Notes under the pieces: generated by a model
Told to the model about the DNA's origin: nothing
What the model saw: the letters and a program-made list of their open reading frames with translations, nothing else
The model's database searches: none
Assembly: GCA_024679065.1 (NCBI GenBank)
Contig: JAGIQG010000006.1
Location: 111,600,001-111,664,000, forward strand
DNA from: Sphyrna mokarran
Taxonomy: Eukaryota
Length of the DNA: 64,000 nucleotides
Direction of reading: 5' to 3'
Position numbers and translations under genes: made by a program
In this document: positions 35,855-49,501 of the stretch, in pieces
Position numbering within the stretch: position 1 is the stretch's first letter
Layout: each line of letters opens with the position of its first letter

Positions 35855-38315
35855 AAAAATGCACAGGCTTAATGAAGTCCAAGTCTTCCAGCCTTTTCAA
35901 TTTGACCTCCACTTTTTTATGGCATGGAGCAAACCCAGAAAAACTAGGCGGAACCTCGGGGTTCGAGTAAATTTTATCTTTAATCCCTTTTATTTGACAA
36001 AGTTCCTTTTTGAATACCTCCTGGTATTTACACAGGAGTTCCTGGAATCCTCCATTTTGGACCTTAAATATTTCCAGCCAGACCAATTTTTTTTTATGAG
36101 TCCCGGCAGCTGGCTCCTCTACAATTCAGGCACAGAGACTGTCCCAATATTCTTAATGCCTCTCAATTGTGTATAACCAAGGTATCCTCAGAATGACTGA
36201 GGCTTAAGGGTTGTCCCTTCTGGAAATGCTTGAATGTCTTTTCCCCCGTAATGGTGGCCACAGGGCCAGTGTCAACCTTCATCTTCAGGCAATATATAGA
36301 TGGTCCCTTGCCGAGTTGGACTTGACTGAGTATGCAGACCCTGGATCCCTCCTTTATTTCTCCAGCAGCTTCTTTACAGATATTGTACTAATTATTTCCT
36401 TCTTTTTTGGGGGGGGGGGGTATTTTGTACAACCTGTCTCGACTAAATTTAGCTTGCAGGTCAGCCTTATTTATACATCTGAAGTGGACATAGGCCCAAA
36501 ATTTCTCATCTTGCATGCCACAGGAATTGTAGCAGGTTAGATAGAAAATTTGATGATCATTTAAAGTCCATTGAGCTTGGGTGAGAATTTTTGGTCTTGG
36601 GGCATGCACGACCGGAAAATCTTGCCCACAATTTCTGTATCGACTCATCTCTTAAAGCTGGTCTTCACCACACCTAAGAAATGTCTCAGACGATGGTATT
36701 GAATGACTTGTCAGGCTCCACTGTACCATCACTCAGGCTGCTCCTTGTGGCAGCCTCCTTTTCTTGACATAAATGGTTCACCTCATTCTGCATACTTTGC
36801 AGCTCACACGTGCCTTGCTGAGTGCGTTCAGTTGCTTAGGTCATCTTTACTGCTTTTTCCAGTGAGATGTTTGTTTCAGCCAGTGGCTTCTTTTGGATGT
36901 TAGGTCTGTTGATCCCACATACTAAACAGTCCCTCAACATGCCTTCCAATGAAGGCCCCATCTCATAGTACTCTGCTGGCAGTCAAGGTCTGGCCATAAA
37001 GCTGGAGATCATCCCACTTGCCTCTCTAGCTGCTGAACTAAATTTGTATCTTTGCATAATTAAAGAAGGCCAGGGGTTGTAGTGATCCTTTACTAGCTGA
37101 GCAAAGATTTTGTGGTCTGAACTTTGGTCTATGTCAAACTGCTCACCAAATTGTAAGTCTATGGGCCATAGACTGTGACTAGCATCTCCTTTTGTTTGCC
37201 ATGAAGAAATATGTCAGCCTTCCAATATAGTGCCACCAACTCTCAATCTCAGAATCAAATAGTTCCATCTTCCCAAATGATGGCATCTTAAATTGGAGAC
37301 TTTACCTTTCTTTGCTCTCAGCTTTGTGTGATCACTTTCCTCCCGCTCTGACTCTTCACAGGCTCTTAACGGCTGATCCAGTTGTTTCTCATTGCCAGTG
37401 TCATCAGTTGAGATGACTCAAAGAGCAACGATTAACCAAAAGGGTTTATTAACAACAAAGACATGAAGGGTTTAATAACATGGCTAATTCAGATCTATTC
37501 CTAACAATGCTCCAACTGAAAGCCTTCAGATACAGGATTGCTCACTCTCTCCCCTGTTTGGCTCAGTTTTGCATGCTTGTTCTCCAGCTTGGCACATGGC
37601 CCATGAAGGTTCGCACTGAAAAACGCTACTAAACTAAATGTAAAGAAAGAGAAGCACAAGCTGAGGTTTTCCTAAGGGTGGTTCACCGTTCAAGTAACTT
37701 TAGGAGAGGCATGTACTTCCTTGAGAAGGAAAAGTTCTTAAATTATTTTCTAATGTCAGTGTCCATAAATTATATAGTGTTGATTTCCATTGGTTTCCAT
37801 GCCATGCAATGTGAGCCTACTGCTGGTACAAAGGAAACTCTGGTACTATTATAAAAGGTCATTCTCCATGGCACTCTAAGATGGAGTTTTCTACTTTAGA
37901 TTGTCAAATTGTACAAATTCTCAGAGAAAGGTCTTTGTAAGCCTAAAGTTCGGGCTGAAAAGAGAGCATGTTCTTCTAAAGTTGACCATAACTTATTTCC
38001 CATCACTTACTCAAGGCATATCACCATCGTCTCTTGGCATTCTCTGAGATTTGCTCTAATCAGTGGCAAGGTGGGAAATTGGCTGAAGCCCTGGGCATCA
38101 AAAGGGCAGGCAATGACAACATTACTGGGCTGATGGGGGATCATTTCCTGATGGCACTGACAGGGCCTAGAAGGTGGCAAGAGGTCTTCATGTCCCATTT
38201 TATTTTGCATACCTTTAGAAATCTCTGTAGGATAATGTTACATTTTAGGGCTTTCTGATATTTATCTTGGATTTAATGCCAACGACAAACAGTTTAGTGA
38301 GCCCTCAATGTATGG

Positions 38316-38618
38316 AGGAGCAATGGCCGAGTGGTATTGTCACTAGACTATTACTCCAGAAACTCAACTAATGTACTGGAGACTGAGTTTGAATTCAACC
38401 ACAGCAGATAGTAGAATTTGAATTCAATAAAAAATTATCTCGAATTATGAATCTACCAATAACTATGAAATCCACCTGGTTTACTAATCTCCTTTCGGGA
38501 AGGGAATCTGCTGTTCCTACCTGGTCTGGTCTACATGTGACCTCAGAGCAATGTGGTTGACTCTCAAGCAGTGATGGGCAATAAATTCTGGCCATCTCCT
38601 ACAAATGAATTAAGAAAA
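38316..38618 (+). mobile_element. tRNA-headed SINE family B
   Basis: gaggagcaatggccgagtggtattgtcactagac...gggcaataaattctggcc. Confidence 0.8.
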
Positions 38619-38637
38619 GACATGCGGCTTTAAATTT

Positions 38638-39886
38638 TGTTACGATCGCAGTTGATGTTATAACTGGATGGGAAGATCCCAGAATGAAACCCAGACTCTA
38701 AAGACTGTAACTTGTAGTATTTTTTAATCAAACATTGAAAAACAGAGTCACAGGACTGCTGATTAGTTTTAATAACAAAAAAACACATGTATTAAACATG
38801 AAAATGGATTCTTTTACAATAGTCCTTTACTCCACCTTTAGCTCAACCAATACATAGATTTTATGATTAACATGAATTATAAGATAGATTTGAAGCTACA
38901 GTGCTCTTATTAGCAAAGTTAGTGTTTGCAGATTTCTCCTCAGAATCCCCCAGATGATTGTTAGATGAATGTTTCCAAACTCTGCTTCCAAACAGCACAT
39001 TGAAACATTCTTTTGCAGGAATGGCTCAGTTTCACGTGCTTGTGCTATAGCCCGGTCACATGACCCATGAAGGTTCACACTGAACCTTCACTTAGTGATT
39101 CACATTCCATGATCCAGTTCACATTTTCCAAAGGACACTTTTGACCAGAGCTTCCATTCCATATTTAGCAGTAAGTGCAGGCCACAATTTCAGATAAACC
39201 CCTTTTGCTTTTCTATGTCTCAAATAACTTCCACTATTTCATTAGGCCACAATTGCTTTAATTTTAAAGTATCAGATTCTTACTAACATTATTTCAAATA
39301 TTTCAGCTACCTCTGATGGTCTGCTCCCTATTTTAAATCAACTTAAATGCAATTGTTTCTTTAACATAGAGTACTTGGTTCCCTCGTCCTTGAATGTTTC
39401 TGAAACACATCTTCATCTTTGTTGACTTATCTTCAGTTTTCTGAAATCTTCTTTCTGACACAGTTCTCTGAGTCTCTAGGCTGTCCCCAAAGTCCCTCTG
39501 GAGCTGGCTTTTTTGCGTATTACTCCATTGTCAGCTTTCCCAGTTTTGAACAGAGTCAAAAGCTGGTCTCTAATTCCCAGTCTCCAACTGCTGCTATATT
39601 TCAGCTAAAAATGAAAGAACAATGGAAGCTGTTTGATTTACCTTACATGAACTCTAGTTGCTAAGCAATGATACTTATTCTGCATACTGTAGCTCTTTCT
39701 ATCACACTAGAATCTCAGCTGGAACTGAAACTAACCTCCAGCAGACAAACAATTTTGTTCAGGATCAAATCAAACTACAATTGCCATCCAGAAACATGAA
39801 ATTAAATCTATCTACATCTATGCCTTGTTTCTAATGTTCATCCATACATATATAAATCCCTTGAAACTACCTTTGTGTTCCTAACA
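38638..39886 (-). mobile_element. Probable long solo LTR (~1.25 kb)
   Basis: TGTTACG...CCTAACA inverted termini; non-coding interior; no TSD found. Confidence 0.5.
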
Positions 39887-40224
39887 CAACTATACATATC
39901 GAAACAATTGAGTGAGCCGTAGGAACAGATATCGAATTTGGACAATTGGATATATCATGTGCCCCCAGACAATATGTTTGACTTTGGAAACTTGTAAACT
40001 AAACAGTCACAGGGCATGGCAGGATTATAAATGACAGAAATAATTATTAACAAACATGTAGAAAACAGGAGCAAAGAATACTTGATCGCAGTAATTATAG
40101 ACTTCATTATTCCTCATCTGTTAGACAGATTGAAACAACATTCTTCCACTATTGAACTGACAAGATGTTCCAGCCCACCTCCCTCTCGATGATGACTCAC
40201 AATAATAGCAAAACCAAGGGTAAA

Positions 40225-40610
40225 CAATAGGTACACCCACAATGTTGTTAGGGAGGAAGTTCCAAGATTTTGACCGAGTGACAGTGAAGCAACAGTGAGA
40301 CATTTTCAAGTCAAGATGGCATATGACTTTGAGGGGAACTTGCAGGTGTTGATTGTTCCTTGTGTCTGCTACCTTTATCCTTCCAGATGGTAAAATTTGT
40401 GGATTTAAAAGGTGCTGAGAAAGTTTTGGTGAATTACTACTGTGCAGATTGTAGATGGTACATACTGCTGATATACATTGATCGAATATAGTGTGAATAT
40501 AGCGAATGGGGTACTAATGAAGTAGATGGCATTGAGTTTCATGAGTGTTGTTGGCAATAGAAAGTATTCTATCGCCTCTTTGTAGACTGTGAACAGGCTC
40601 TGAGGAGAGA
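40225..40610 (-). mobile_element. Old CR1/L2-group LINE 3' fragment
   Basis: FTVTRSKSWNFLPNNIVGV (ORF 40121-40309), typical ORF2 C-terminal WN-LP motif. Confidence 0.6.
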
Positions 40611-41112
40611 GTGAGTGGGATTTTATGGCCTTGTTCATCAGTAAAATCCTGCCCTAAGTGAATAGACTTTTCCATGGTTCATTCCTCGCCCACTCCGATT
40701 TCTGTGGCAGGCAGGATTGTAAAATTCTGGCCAGTAGGTAAGTTACTCACTGCAAAATTCCCTACCTCTGACCTGCTCTGTAGCTCTATGACTGATCCAA
40801 TCAACTCCATTGCTTTTCCACATCCATTCCATGGGTTTCTACTGCCACATATTACTTCAAAAACAATTAATATCAATTAAATTTGGTATGTTTGTAACTA
40901 AACTAGATGACCAAGCAAGTTTGTAATAGATTGTGTCATTTACAAAACTGAGCAGTAATTGGTGGAAATAACACAGAGCTTTGAAGAGTAACAATGTGCT
41001 TTCAATGGTTAATAGTTTGCTCACACAGCGAACATTTTCAGATATTGAATAACCTCCCTATTACCCATAATGTCAAGCAGAAACAGTGCTAACCATTGTG
41101 CCACCATGTGTG

Positions 41113-41285
41113 GGGTGACACAGTGGTACAGTGGTTAGCACTGCTGCCCTACGGTGCCAGGAACGCAGGTTCAATTCCAGCCTCAGGTGACTGTCTGTGG
41201 AGTTTGCGCATTCTTCCCATGCCTGCATGGATTTCCTCTGAGTGCTCTGGTTTCTTCCCATAGTCTGAAAGACATGCTGATTAGA
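41113..41285 (+). mobile_element. V-SINE 5' half, preceded by an inverted copy of its head (41076-41111)
   Basis: cagtggtacagtggttagcactgctgcc...ggttcaattcc...tgtggagtttgcgcattc. Confidence 0.8.
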
Positions 41286-42114
41286 TGTATTCACAGGTAT
41301 CTTACTCACTTATAGCTCAATGGACATCACCACTCACTCTCACACACACACCTTCACATCTCCATCTGGCCTTATCTCATCTGGAGCTTGTTTCCTCATC
41401 TCTCATTCCATTCATGTCTCCATTCAAAGAACACACATGCATGCACATGCACACTGGCACACATTTATGCATGCATGTACATGCACAGTCCTACAGGCCT
41501 GACCATCTGTAAACTGTAACTGTGGAGGTGTGTGTTGCATTTCACAGTTCTCATTTCAATACAGCACTGAGCATCCTCTCATCCAATCCAATCACTGGCC
41601 ACAGTTACCAATGCTGTGTTAAAATGGTCATATGTGGCAGACTATGGATCTCTTCAACAGAGTGCAGAATCCATCATGCCTTTGAACTATATTGATGGGA
41701 GAAATGTGAGGAATGTGAGGTTTGAGGAATATAAAACAGAAATTTCAATGTGTTCTGTTTTAGAAACTATGGATCACTCTGAGGGCTTCATGCTGTCAGA
41801 GATCTTTCAAATCACCAGGGCCAGTGCTGTCCATGAGGGCATAATGTACTTGGCACAGAGAACGTACTATTGCAATTGGATGTCATTAGCCTCAGTTGGT
41901 CCAAATCCATAGTAAGGTGACAAGATGTGAAGGCCACATCTTCTAACTAAGAGGTGCAGATGTCAGTGGGGTCAAGAAGATGACATGGAGACTAACTCAG
42001 GAGTACAAGGATTGAGATCTGTTGAACTTCCTTGGTTGCAGTGGCCCCCAGTTTCACCCATCAATTACACTATTAATAAAATTCAGAATGCATAGTTGCA
42101 CTACTGAACACCCT

Positions 42115-42525
42115 GGTATATGTCCTCAGACTTTTGTATCTTTTTCCTGATGGAAGAAGGTGGAAGAGGTGTCTGGGGTATGTGGGGTCCCTGATTATGC
42201 TGGCTGCTTTTCTGAGGTAGTGGGAAATGTAGACAGAGTCAATGGTGGGAAACTGGTTTGCGTGATGGACTGGGCTTCATTCACAACCTTTTGTAGTTTC
42301 TTGGGGTCTTGGGCAGAGCAGGATCCAACCAAGCTGTGATACCATTAGTAAGAATGCTTTCTACGGTGCATCTGTAAAAGTAGGTGAGAGTCGCAGCTGA
42401 CATGCCAAATTTCCTTAGTCTTCTGAGAAAACCATTGGTGGATTTTCTTAACTATAGTGTCTGCATGGAGAGATCAGGACAAGTTGTTGGTGATGCTGAC
42501 ACCTAAAATTTTGAAGCTGTCAACC
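42115..42525 (-). mobile_element. Rex1/Babar ORF C-terminal fragment
   Basis: Reverse complement encodes KFLGVSITNNLS...FLRRLRKFGMSAATLTYFYRCTVESIL...ITAW and LLPSGKRYKSLRT. Confidence 0.85.
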
Positions 42526-42534
42526 AGGCATACA

Positions 42535-43310
42535 CCTCGCTGTACTTCTCCCTATGGGAGTCTGAAGTTGCAACATCCACCATATCCTTTGGAGGTATAC
42601 CCTTTGTTCTCAAAAAGTTAGACCTGGACCCTGTCTGATCCTCAAAGTTTTCTGGGATCTGCCATCCAATCAAGCAATATTAGCCGTAGATACTTTTTGG
42701 ATATCTGGCACAAATCTGTAGGATTTCTTTATATAATCATACATCAGCTGCACATTAAGGGAACTTTTTAGGTTTATGCATTGAACTGAGTGACCAGGGA
42801 GCTTTGATAGCCACGAGTGCAATTGATGGTACGCTGCATTTGTGAAAACTCAGAAAACCCAGCGAGGGCCTGTGCTCTGGCGTTCTTGATCTCTGTCGAA
42901 GTTGACATAATTGTGAACCTTGACCAAAAGGGCGTCTGTGACCTGATATATGCATTGATGGTGAGTGCCTGAAAGGTCCTACAAAGGAACCAGTGGAGGG
43001 CTGGAAAGAGCCAGTGGTGTAGAAGTTGAGTGTGACTGTTAATTTCACAATCACTGACAACGGATAATATCTGAGTCTAAATGATGCCAATTTGGCAGAA
43101 TGTGGTAAATGTGAGATATCAGATCCTTGGACATGAAAAAGCATTGGCAACTCTGGTTCTCAGGTATCTGCAGGTAAGACAAGTCATTTTGGTACACCCT
43201 CAGCACAGTGAGGTGCCTATGTAAAATGTTTCTCTTTCCCTGAACCATTGGAGTCTTGTTATCCAGGATTTTGCTTTGCCTTTGGCAAGCCAGCCTTCTC
43301 CTTTGCAATT
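42535..43310 (-). pseudogene. PIF/Harbinger (HARBI1-like) DDE transposase remnant
   Basis: PLSVIVKLTVTLNFYTTGSFQ, VAIKAP, NVQLMYD, ICARYP motifs; frameshifted. Confidence 0.8.
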
Positions 43311-44124
43311 GTCAACTTCTTCTCTCAGTTGTGTCTGCATCAATGAATGCAAACTCTATCTGCTTGGTAGCCTCATTGTGCAGAATAAATGAGACGTACA
43401 TTAGACTCAGAGCATGTCTGGAAAGCTAATCTTTCTTTTAATGACTTTTGAGTGATGAGTGGGTTAATGGCCCTGGGTCCCATGTTAGCAAATGTTCACC
43501 ATGTAAACTATTTACGCTGCAGTGTGCTGACCCGGTTGATACCCCTGCATTTCCCCCACCCCCCCAAAAAAAAAAATTATAATCTACTGAGATTTCCTTG
43601 GCCAGCTGCTTGATTGTGCACTCTCATATACAGCACTGTGAGACTACTGCTGTTTGGAATATACAGGAGCATCAATTTTTAAACATGCACTGAAAAATGT
43701 CGAGGGTGGCCTAAGGCTTGTCTTCTTGGAATCTTCCATAAACACTAATACCATATTCCTCAAAAGCTTATCTGGCTGCTCGGTTGTATTTAAACTCATC
43801 ATTGCTGTGGGGAAATGCCACACTGCGAGCAAGGGGTTAAATCCAGGATATCAATGAGTGCAAGTATGTTCAATTAGTGCCGCATGAATTGCATATTATC
43901 ACTTCTGTTTAGTAAATTCTTGTAATGCCACTGAGAGATCACTCAGCTCTCTTATCTGTGCCTGCCTGCTCACGTGGGAATATACAATTCAGTTGGGTAG
44001 CCCTTTAATCAGAGTGTACCTCCTTCCCCCAGCTCCGCACCCACCACCCAATTGCCAATTGAAATTTGCCGATATGTGAGCCACCTGCAAAAACTCCTAG
44101 AGCAACATTTGACCTCATGATGCT

Positions 44125-44600
44125 TTGATTTCATTTGATTTATTGTCACATGTATTTAATACAGTGAAAAGTGTTGTTTCTTGCAGTGCTATATAGACAA
44201 AGCATTCCGTACTTGGAGAAGGTAAGGGAGAGTGCAGAATGCCATGTTATAGTCATAGCTGGGTTATAAAGAAAGATGAACTTAATATGACACAGGTCCA
44301 TTCAAAGTCTGATGGCAGCAGGGAAGAAGCTGTTCTCGAATTTGTTGATATGTGACCTCAAACTTTTCTCTCCTTTTTCTGATGGAAAAGAGTGGAAGAG
44401 AGAATGCTCAGGGTACATGGGGTCCTCGATTATGCTGCTTGTTTTTCTGAGGCAGTGGGAAGTGTAGAGAAAGTCAGTGGATGGGAGGCTGATTTAAGTG
44501 ATGGACTGGGTTTTGTTCACGAACCTTAGCAGCTTTTTGTGATCTTGGACAGAGCAGGAGGCATATCAAGTTGTGATAAACAAGCAAGGTGCTCGAGGAA
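44125..44600 (-). mobile_element. Rex1/Babar 3' end
   Basis: tttgatttattgtcacatg...tctgatggcagcagggaagaagctgttc. Confidence 0.85.
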
Positions 44601-45844
44601 GAAATGGATAGAGTATTCTCAGAGCTTTTATTTTTCAATGGAGTGCATTGCATGCCAAATATTGTCTTTTTACTTGATCACCTGGAAGCTTTTCTTCCTT
44701 TGTACCCTTGTAATTGGCTTTATCTAAGTTTAAAGAGTCACACTTCTGATTGGAGTGTGATGTTTTCGAACATAAAATGGAATTTAGCTATATTACTTTC
44801 ACTCTTTCGCAGTGGATCTTTTACTATAATATTATTAATCATCCCTGCCTTTGCATAATACTGGATCTAAAATGACTTTATCTTGAGTTGGTTCCACAAT
44901 AACATTGTACAAACCAATTTTCCAGATCACATTTTCCAAAGCCATTGGTCTAGTCTGTATAAAAATAAACATCCCCCTTTAGCTATTATATAGAATTTGT
45001 CCCTGAAAATTGGCACTCAGGATCTGGAGGATGATGAATAGAAATCATGCGGTAAAATGTGTATATCTAATTTAACTGGAGATAACTCAAGTAAAGCAAC
45101 AAAAAGTTAAAGCATTGTGAAAATAAACATCTTTATGAACTAATGTTTATGAATATAATATTTTTGTGCAAATTTAGATATTTATATTTCATATTTGTGG
45201 GATCAAAACTGTGAATTGAAACAACTGTGTGAGAGAAGGTTTTTTAAGTGAATGGTAATATGAAATCTGTTGGTGATAAGAAATGTTTCCAATAAATTAC
45301 TTCATAGAAATATTTTTGTGGTCTGATTTTCAGCTTTAATACCTATATCATTCAATTCATACACCCATAGGGTAAATAGCTCAGCTTATTACTTCATAAA
45401 AAAACATTCTCAGCATTCTAACATCTCACCCACCATGAAAATAAAGAGGATGAGGGTCTGACAACGGAAACTTCCGTTGACCCTGGATGGGAATTTCCGG
45501 TTTCGCTCGAGCGAGACTATAAAATCCTACCCATGATCTTACTTTTTAAATCTTGTTTTTTACTTTCATCCCTTTATTTCCCAGATGGAGAGGGTGTTAC
45601 CCAGATTGTACAGAGATAAAATGCAAAATACAAACAAACATACCCTATGTTGTCACAATCTGATGTGCCTAAAAGAAAGCAGATGGCAGCATCAGTTTTA
45701 ATCCTGCATTTTGCATGCACCAAATGTGCAAAGTGCGAATCCTGGTATTTTGCGGATTTAAAAAGATCAACCGTGCTGGCAATTGCAAGGTCAATAATAC
45801 TGGTGCAGAGAATCAGCAGTATATCATCAAGAACTGTCCAATTA

Positions 45845-46003
45845 TAGAATCTCTATAGTATAGAAGGAGGCCATTCAGCCCATCTAGTCTGCATTGGCAA
45901 AAATTCCACCTAGGCCCTATTCCTGTAACCCCATGTATTTATCCTGCAAATCCCCCTGACACTGAGGGGCAACTAAGCATGGCCAATCAATCTAATTTGC
46001 ATC
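45845..46003 (-). mobile_element. HE1-type SINE 3' part (a second copy at ~46578-46750)
   Basis: agaatctctatagtatagaaggaggccattcagccc...gcatggccaatc. Confidence 0.7.
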
Positions 46004-47404
46004 CTCTTCATGTTGGCAATTGTTTGGATTTTGTGATAATTGCCACAGGGCAGGTGTTTGCAGTTCTTTATTTGACAGTTCTTCATTTATCTGTTGGTTT
46101 TTAAGTCGCAATGAATCGATTTTTTCCGGGGTACCGGGCCAGAGGAGTACAGTTGAAAATCAGAAGGTAAGTCAGTTTACAAAGTGATCAACTTTTAAAA
46201 AGCCCTCGCAGTGATTACATGCTGCAGGTGGCCTTATCAAACTCAGTCAAAGGAGGTCCCAACATTGAGTTCCAGAAGCGAATGGTGGGCAAGGCTGAGG
46301 CTGCAAGGAGACCCATGAAGAAATGTCATGGACACAGGACCTTGGTAAGTCCTGGACTTTTTGGATGGGAAAGAATTGGGCACCCTAGGAAATCAGAGAA
46401 TGGTTGGGAGTGGGGGTTGGGTGATGGGGTACGTCCAAGTATGGGGAGGGAGGTGTGCCCTGATGTGCATAATGCTGTAACCCTATTTTCTGCCTTTTCA
46501 TCAATCTTGGTGAAAAACAATCTTCCAACTCTCACCTGTCTTACTGCCCACCATTTAGTGGCAGTGAAGATCATCAAATCATTGAATCTCTATAGTGCAA
46601 AAGGAGGCCATTTGGCCCATCAAACCTATATTGACAACAATCCCACTCAGACCCTATCCCTGTAACCTTACATTTTTACACTACTAATCCCCTTGTCACT
46701 AAGGGACAATTTAGCATGGCCAATCAACCTAACCTGCACATTTTTAGAATGGATGGATTGAGGTTCTTAAGTGCTTATCATCTGGCCACTTAATAGGCCT
46801 AAGGCTGGACAACATGTAAGTGCCTTACCCTTCGTCCATGTCGTAGGAATCGAGTTCACTGATGCTGGTAAAGTAGTGGTCTAAGCACCCATCATATTTT
46901 CTGTGTCCCTGTGCCAAAAACATTCCTGGCGAAGTGTGTAAAATCTGACCTTTTGGAGTATCTGGAGCTCCTTTTCACTGCAACATCCTTTACTTGGTTC
47001 ACAAATAAGACAAGCAACAGATTGTCTCTTCAACTAATCACACCAAAGAATCTTCACAAAGCTATGCAGAGTTTAAACCAGGAGGTCTAAATTAGGATAT
47101 TTAATTCAATGTAAAATCATGTACAGACAGCGAAATAAAGAAATGATCCAGGGAATGTAAAAATAAAGTTTTAAAATTCTGCAACAATAATTAAATTCTG
47201 AAAGGCTGAGATTCCAAAGTTGCTTATTTTCAATTTTCTGAAAATAATTATGTTTCGAAAGGATGATTCTCCATAATGGTAAAATAAAATTTGCTGGATT
47301 ATAGGAGTTGATCAGCAGTAATTACTGTGAGGAATTCACTTCCACTTAAGTGTACCGGCCATAATGCTTGATGGCATATTTAGAGCAGAAATAGGAGATG
47401 TGTA

Positions 47405-47875
47405 TTTCATTTGATTTATTATTGTCAGATGTATTAGTGTACAGTGGAAAGTATTGTTTCTTGCACACTACACAGAAAAAGCACACCATACGTAGAGAAG
47501 GAAAGGAGAAAGTGCAGAATGTAGTGTTACAGTCATAGCTGGAGAAAGAGCAGAGAAGTAGTAGAAAAAGATCAATTTAATATAAGTCCATTCAAAAGTC
47601 TGATAGCATCAGGGAAAAAGCTGTTCTCGAGTCGGTTGGTATGTGTCCTCAGACTTTTGTATCTTTTTTTGATGGAAAAATGTGGAAGAGAGTATATCCG
47701 GATTGTGTGGGGTACTTGATAATGCTGGCTGCTTTTCCGAAACAGCGGGAAGTACAGACAGAGTCAGAGGCTGGTTGTGTGGTGGACTGGGCTTCATGCA
47801 TGATCCTTTGAAGTTTCTTGCGATCTTGGATTGGGCGGCAGCCATACCAAGCTGTGATACCAGCCTCACATCCTT
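47405..47875 (-). mobile_element. Rex1/Babar 3' end
   Basis: GITAWYGCRPIQDRKKLQRI (ORF 47649-47939), SFFPDAIRLLN and tail. Confidence 0.9.
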
Positions 47876-48305
47876 TCATATGATTAAATCTACTATTGAA
47901 ATACCGATGTAACCAAAGCTTGTGGATGATAGCTTCCAAATTTCTGGGGGTTTTTTTTGCACATATGCAGATGCCACAATCTCTGATTTACAGCAAAATA
48001 ATGGAAAATGATGATGGCCTTACGATATTTCTAATGCAAAATTTGGGACCTAAGAGTCTGCATTGCATGATCAGTACAATGCCGCATTTATCAAACAAAG
48101 CAAGATGATGAACAAAAAGACTATGCATTAGGTATGTCAGAGTTCAAAGAAATTTCATATTTATCACCATTCAATTTTCAAACTGCAGCATTTTGAAATT
48201 AAATTTGTAAAAACCGATGCAAAAACAGAATAGTTCCAAATCTTATCTTTGAAATAAGTTTCAAATATTTGAAATAAACTTGAAAAATAATAAGTTTATA
48301 CATAT

Positions 48306-48635
48306 GGGTGGCACAGTAGCACAATGGTTAGTACTGCTGCTTCACAGCTGCAGGGTTGTGGATTCAATTCCCGGCTCAGGTCACTGTCTTTGTGGAGTTG
48401 CATGTTCTCCTCATGTCTGCATGGGTTTCCTCTGGGTGCTCCAGTTTCCTCCCATAGTCCAAAGATGTGTGGGTTAGGTTGACTGGCCATGCTAAGAAAT
48501 TGGCCCTTAGTATCGAGGGATTAATGGGTGTAACATGTTGGGAAATGGGGGTAGCGCCTGGGTGGGATTGTGTTCAGTGCAGACTGTATGGGCTGAAGGT
48601 CTTCTTTCTGCACTGTAAGGTTCTTTGATTCTCTG
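48306..48635 (+). mobile_element. HE1-type V-SINE, full length
   Basis: gggtggcacagtagcacaatggttag; gattcaattcccgg; V-domain; CR1-type tail ttctgcactgtaaggttctttgattct. Confidence 0.9.
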
Positions 48636-49035
48636 AAGTTACTACTTTAGTTTTTGAGTCTACAAATAAAAATGCAGGATGAGCTCTGCACTCTGCTGCT
48701 AGTCTCTTGGATAACTTCTAATAGCCTGAATATTATGATAAGATTAATAAAAGTAAGGGGGAATTTAGTACAGATTTGATTGTCAGTTAGTGTAAAATCT
48801 AATCTCTACAATCCAATGAGAGAGACCATAAATTACCTTTCAAACACATCCCAGTGACAGCATGAATAAATATATATTTGATTTAATTAGAATCTTATTC
48901 CATTGTAATTGATTTCTTCATGGATTGAAGCAAGAATATATCTCAAAATACTTGCCCATTCAGCTCCAGCTTTAAACTAGCTGTCTTGTTCTGACATTCC
49001 CAATTATGTACTGCAGAAACAATTAGAAATAAGAC

Positions 49036-49285
49036 CATTAGACCCTAAGACATAGGAGCAGAGTTGGGCTACTCGGCCCATCGAGTCTGCTCCTTCATTC
49101 CATCATGGCAGATATTTTTCTCATCCCTGTTCTCCTACCTTTTCCCCATAAGCCCTGATTCCCTTATTAATCAAGAATCTGTCTATCTCTATCTTAAAGA
49201 CACTCAATGACTTGGTCTCCACAGCCTTCTGCAACAAAGAGTTATACAGATTCACCCCTCTTGGGGCTGAAAAATTCCTCCTTGT
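49036..49285 (-). mobile_element. CR1 LINE 3' end fragment
   Basis: RRNFSAPRGVNLYNSLLQKAVETKSLSVFKIEIDRFL; 3'UTR gatgggccgagtagcccaactctgctcctatgtctta. Confidence 0.85.
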
Positions 49286-49501
49286 TTCATCAAATATAGG
49301 AACAGGAATAGATAATTCATACTCTTGAGTCTGATGCACAATTTACTTAGACCATAATTGATCTGCAGCAGAAAGTTATTTACACCCCATCTCCTCACTT
49401 TCAATCCATAGTCCCCTAATAGCTTTCATAGTTTTTGACTTTACAGATAAGCCTTGGGAAAAGGAGTTTCTAAGTTTCCACTCTCCTTTGTGTAATGATA
49501 T

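Larger units (their letters stand above)
34150..37620 (-). mobile_element. Decayed Gypsy LTR retrotransposon (5' LTR, PBS, gag, protease, RT, RNase H)
   Basis: LTR end CA at 37399-37400 and PBS-like tggcaatgag (37388-37397); gag start MPSFGKMELFD at 37286; protease MKVDTG (36265-36282); RT PIPRIENLQAKLAGGLKYTKLDLSHVYQQL (ORF 35456-35644); RNase H FDLSKPLVVICDSLPFGVGVVL...KPIAFA (~34655-34770). Confidence 0.9.

Noticed and set aside
42755-43150. Domesticated host HARBI1 gene
   Set aside because: Frameshifts, stops and an adjacent Rex1 insertion indicate a dead transposon copy.
48306-48375. tRNA gene
   Set aside because: A/B boxes belong to SINE heads and run directly into the V-domain; no cloverleaf.
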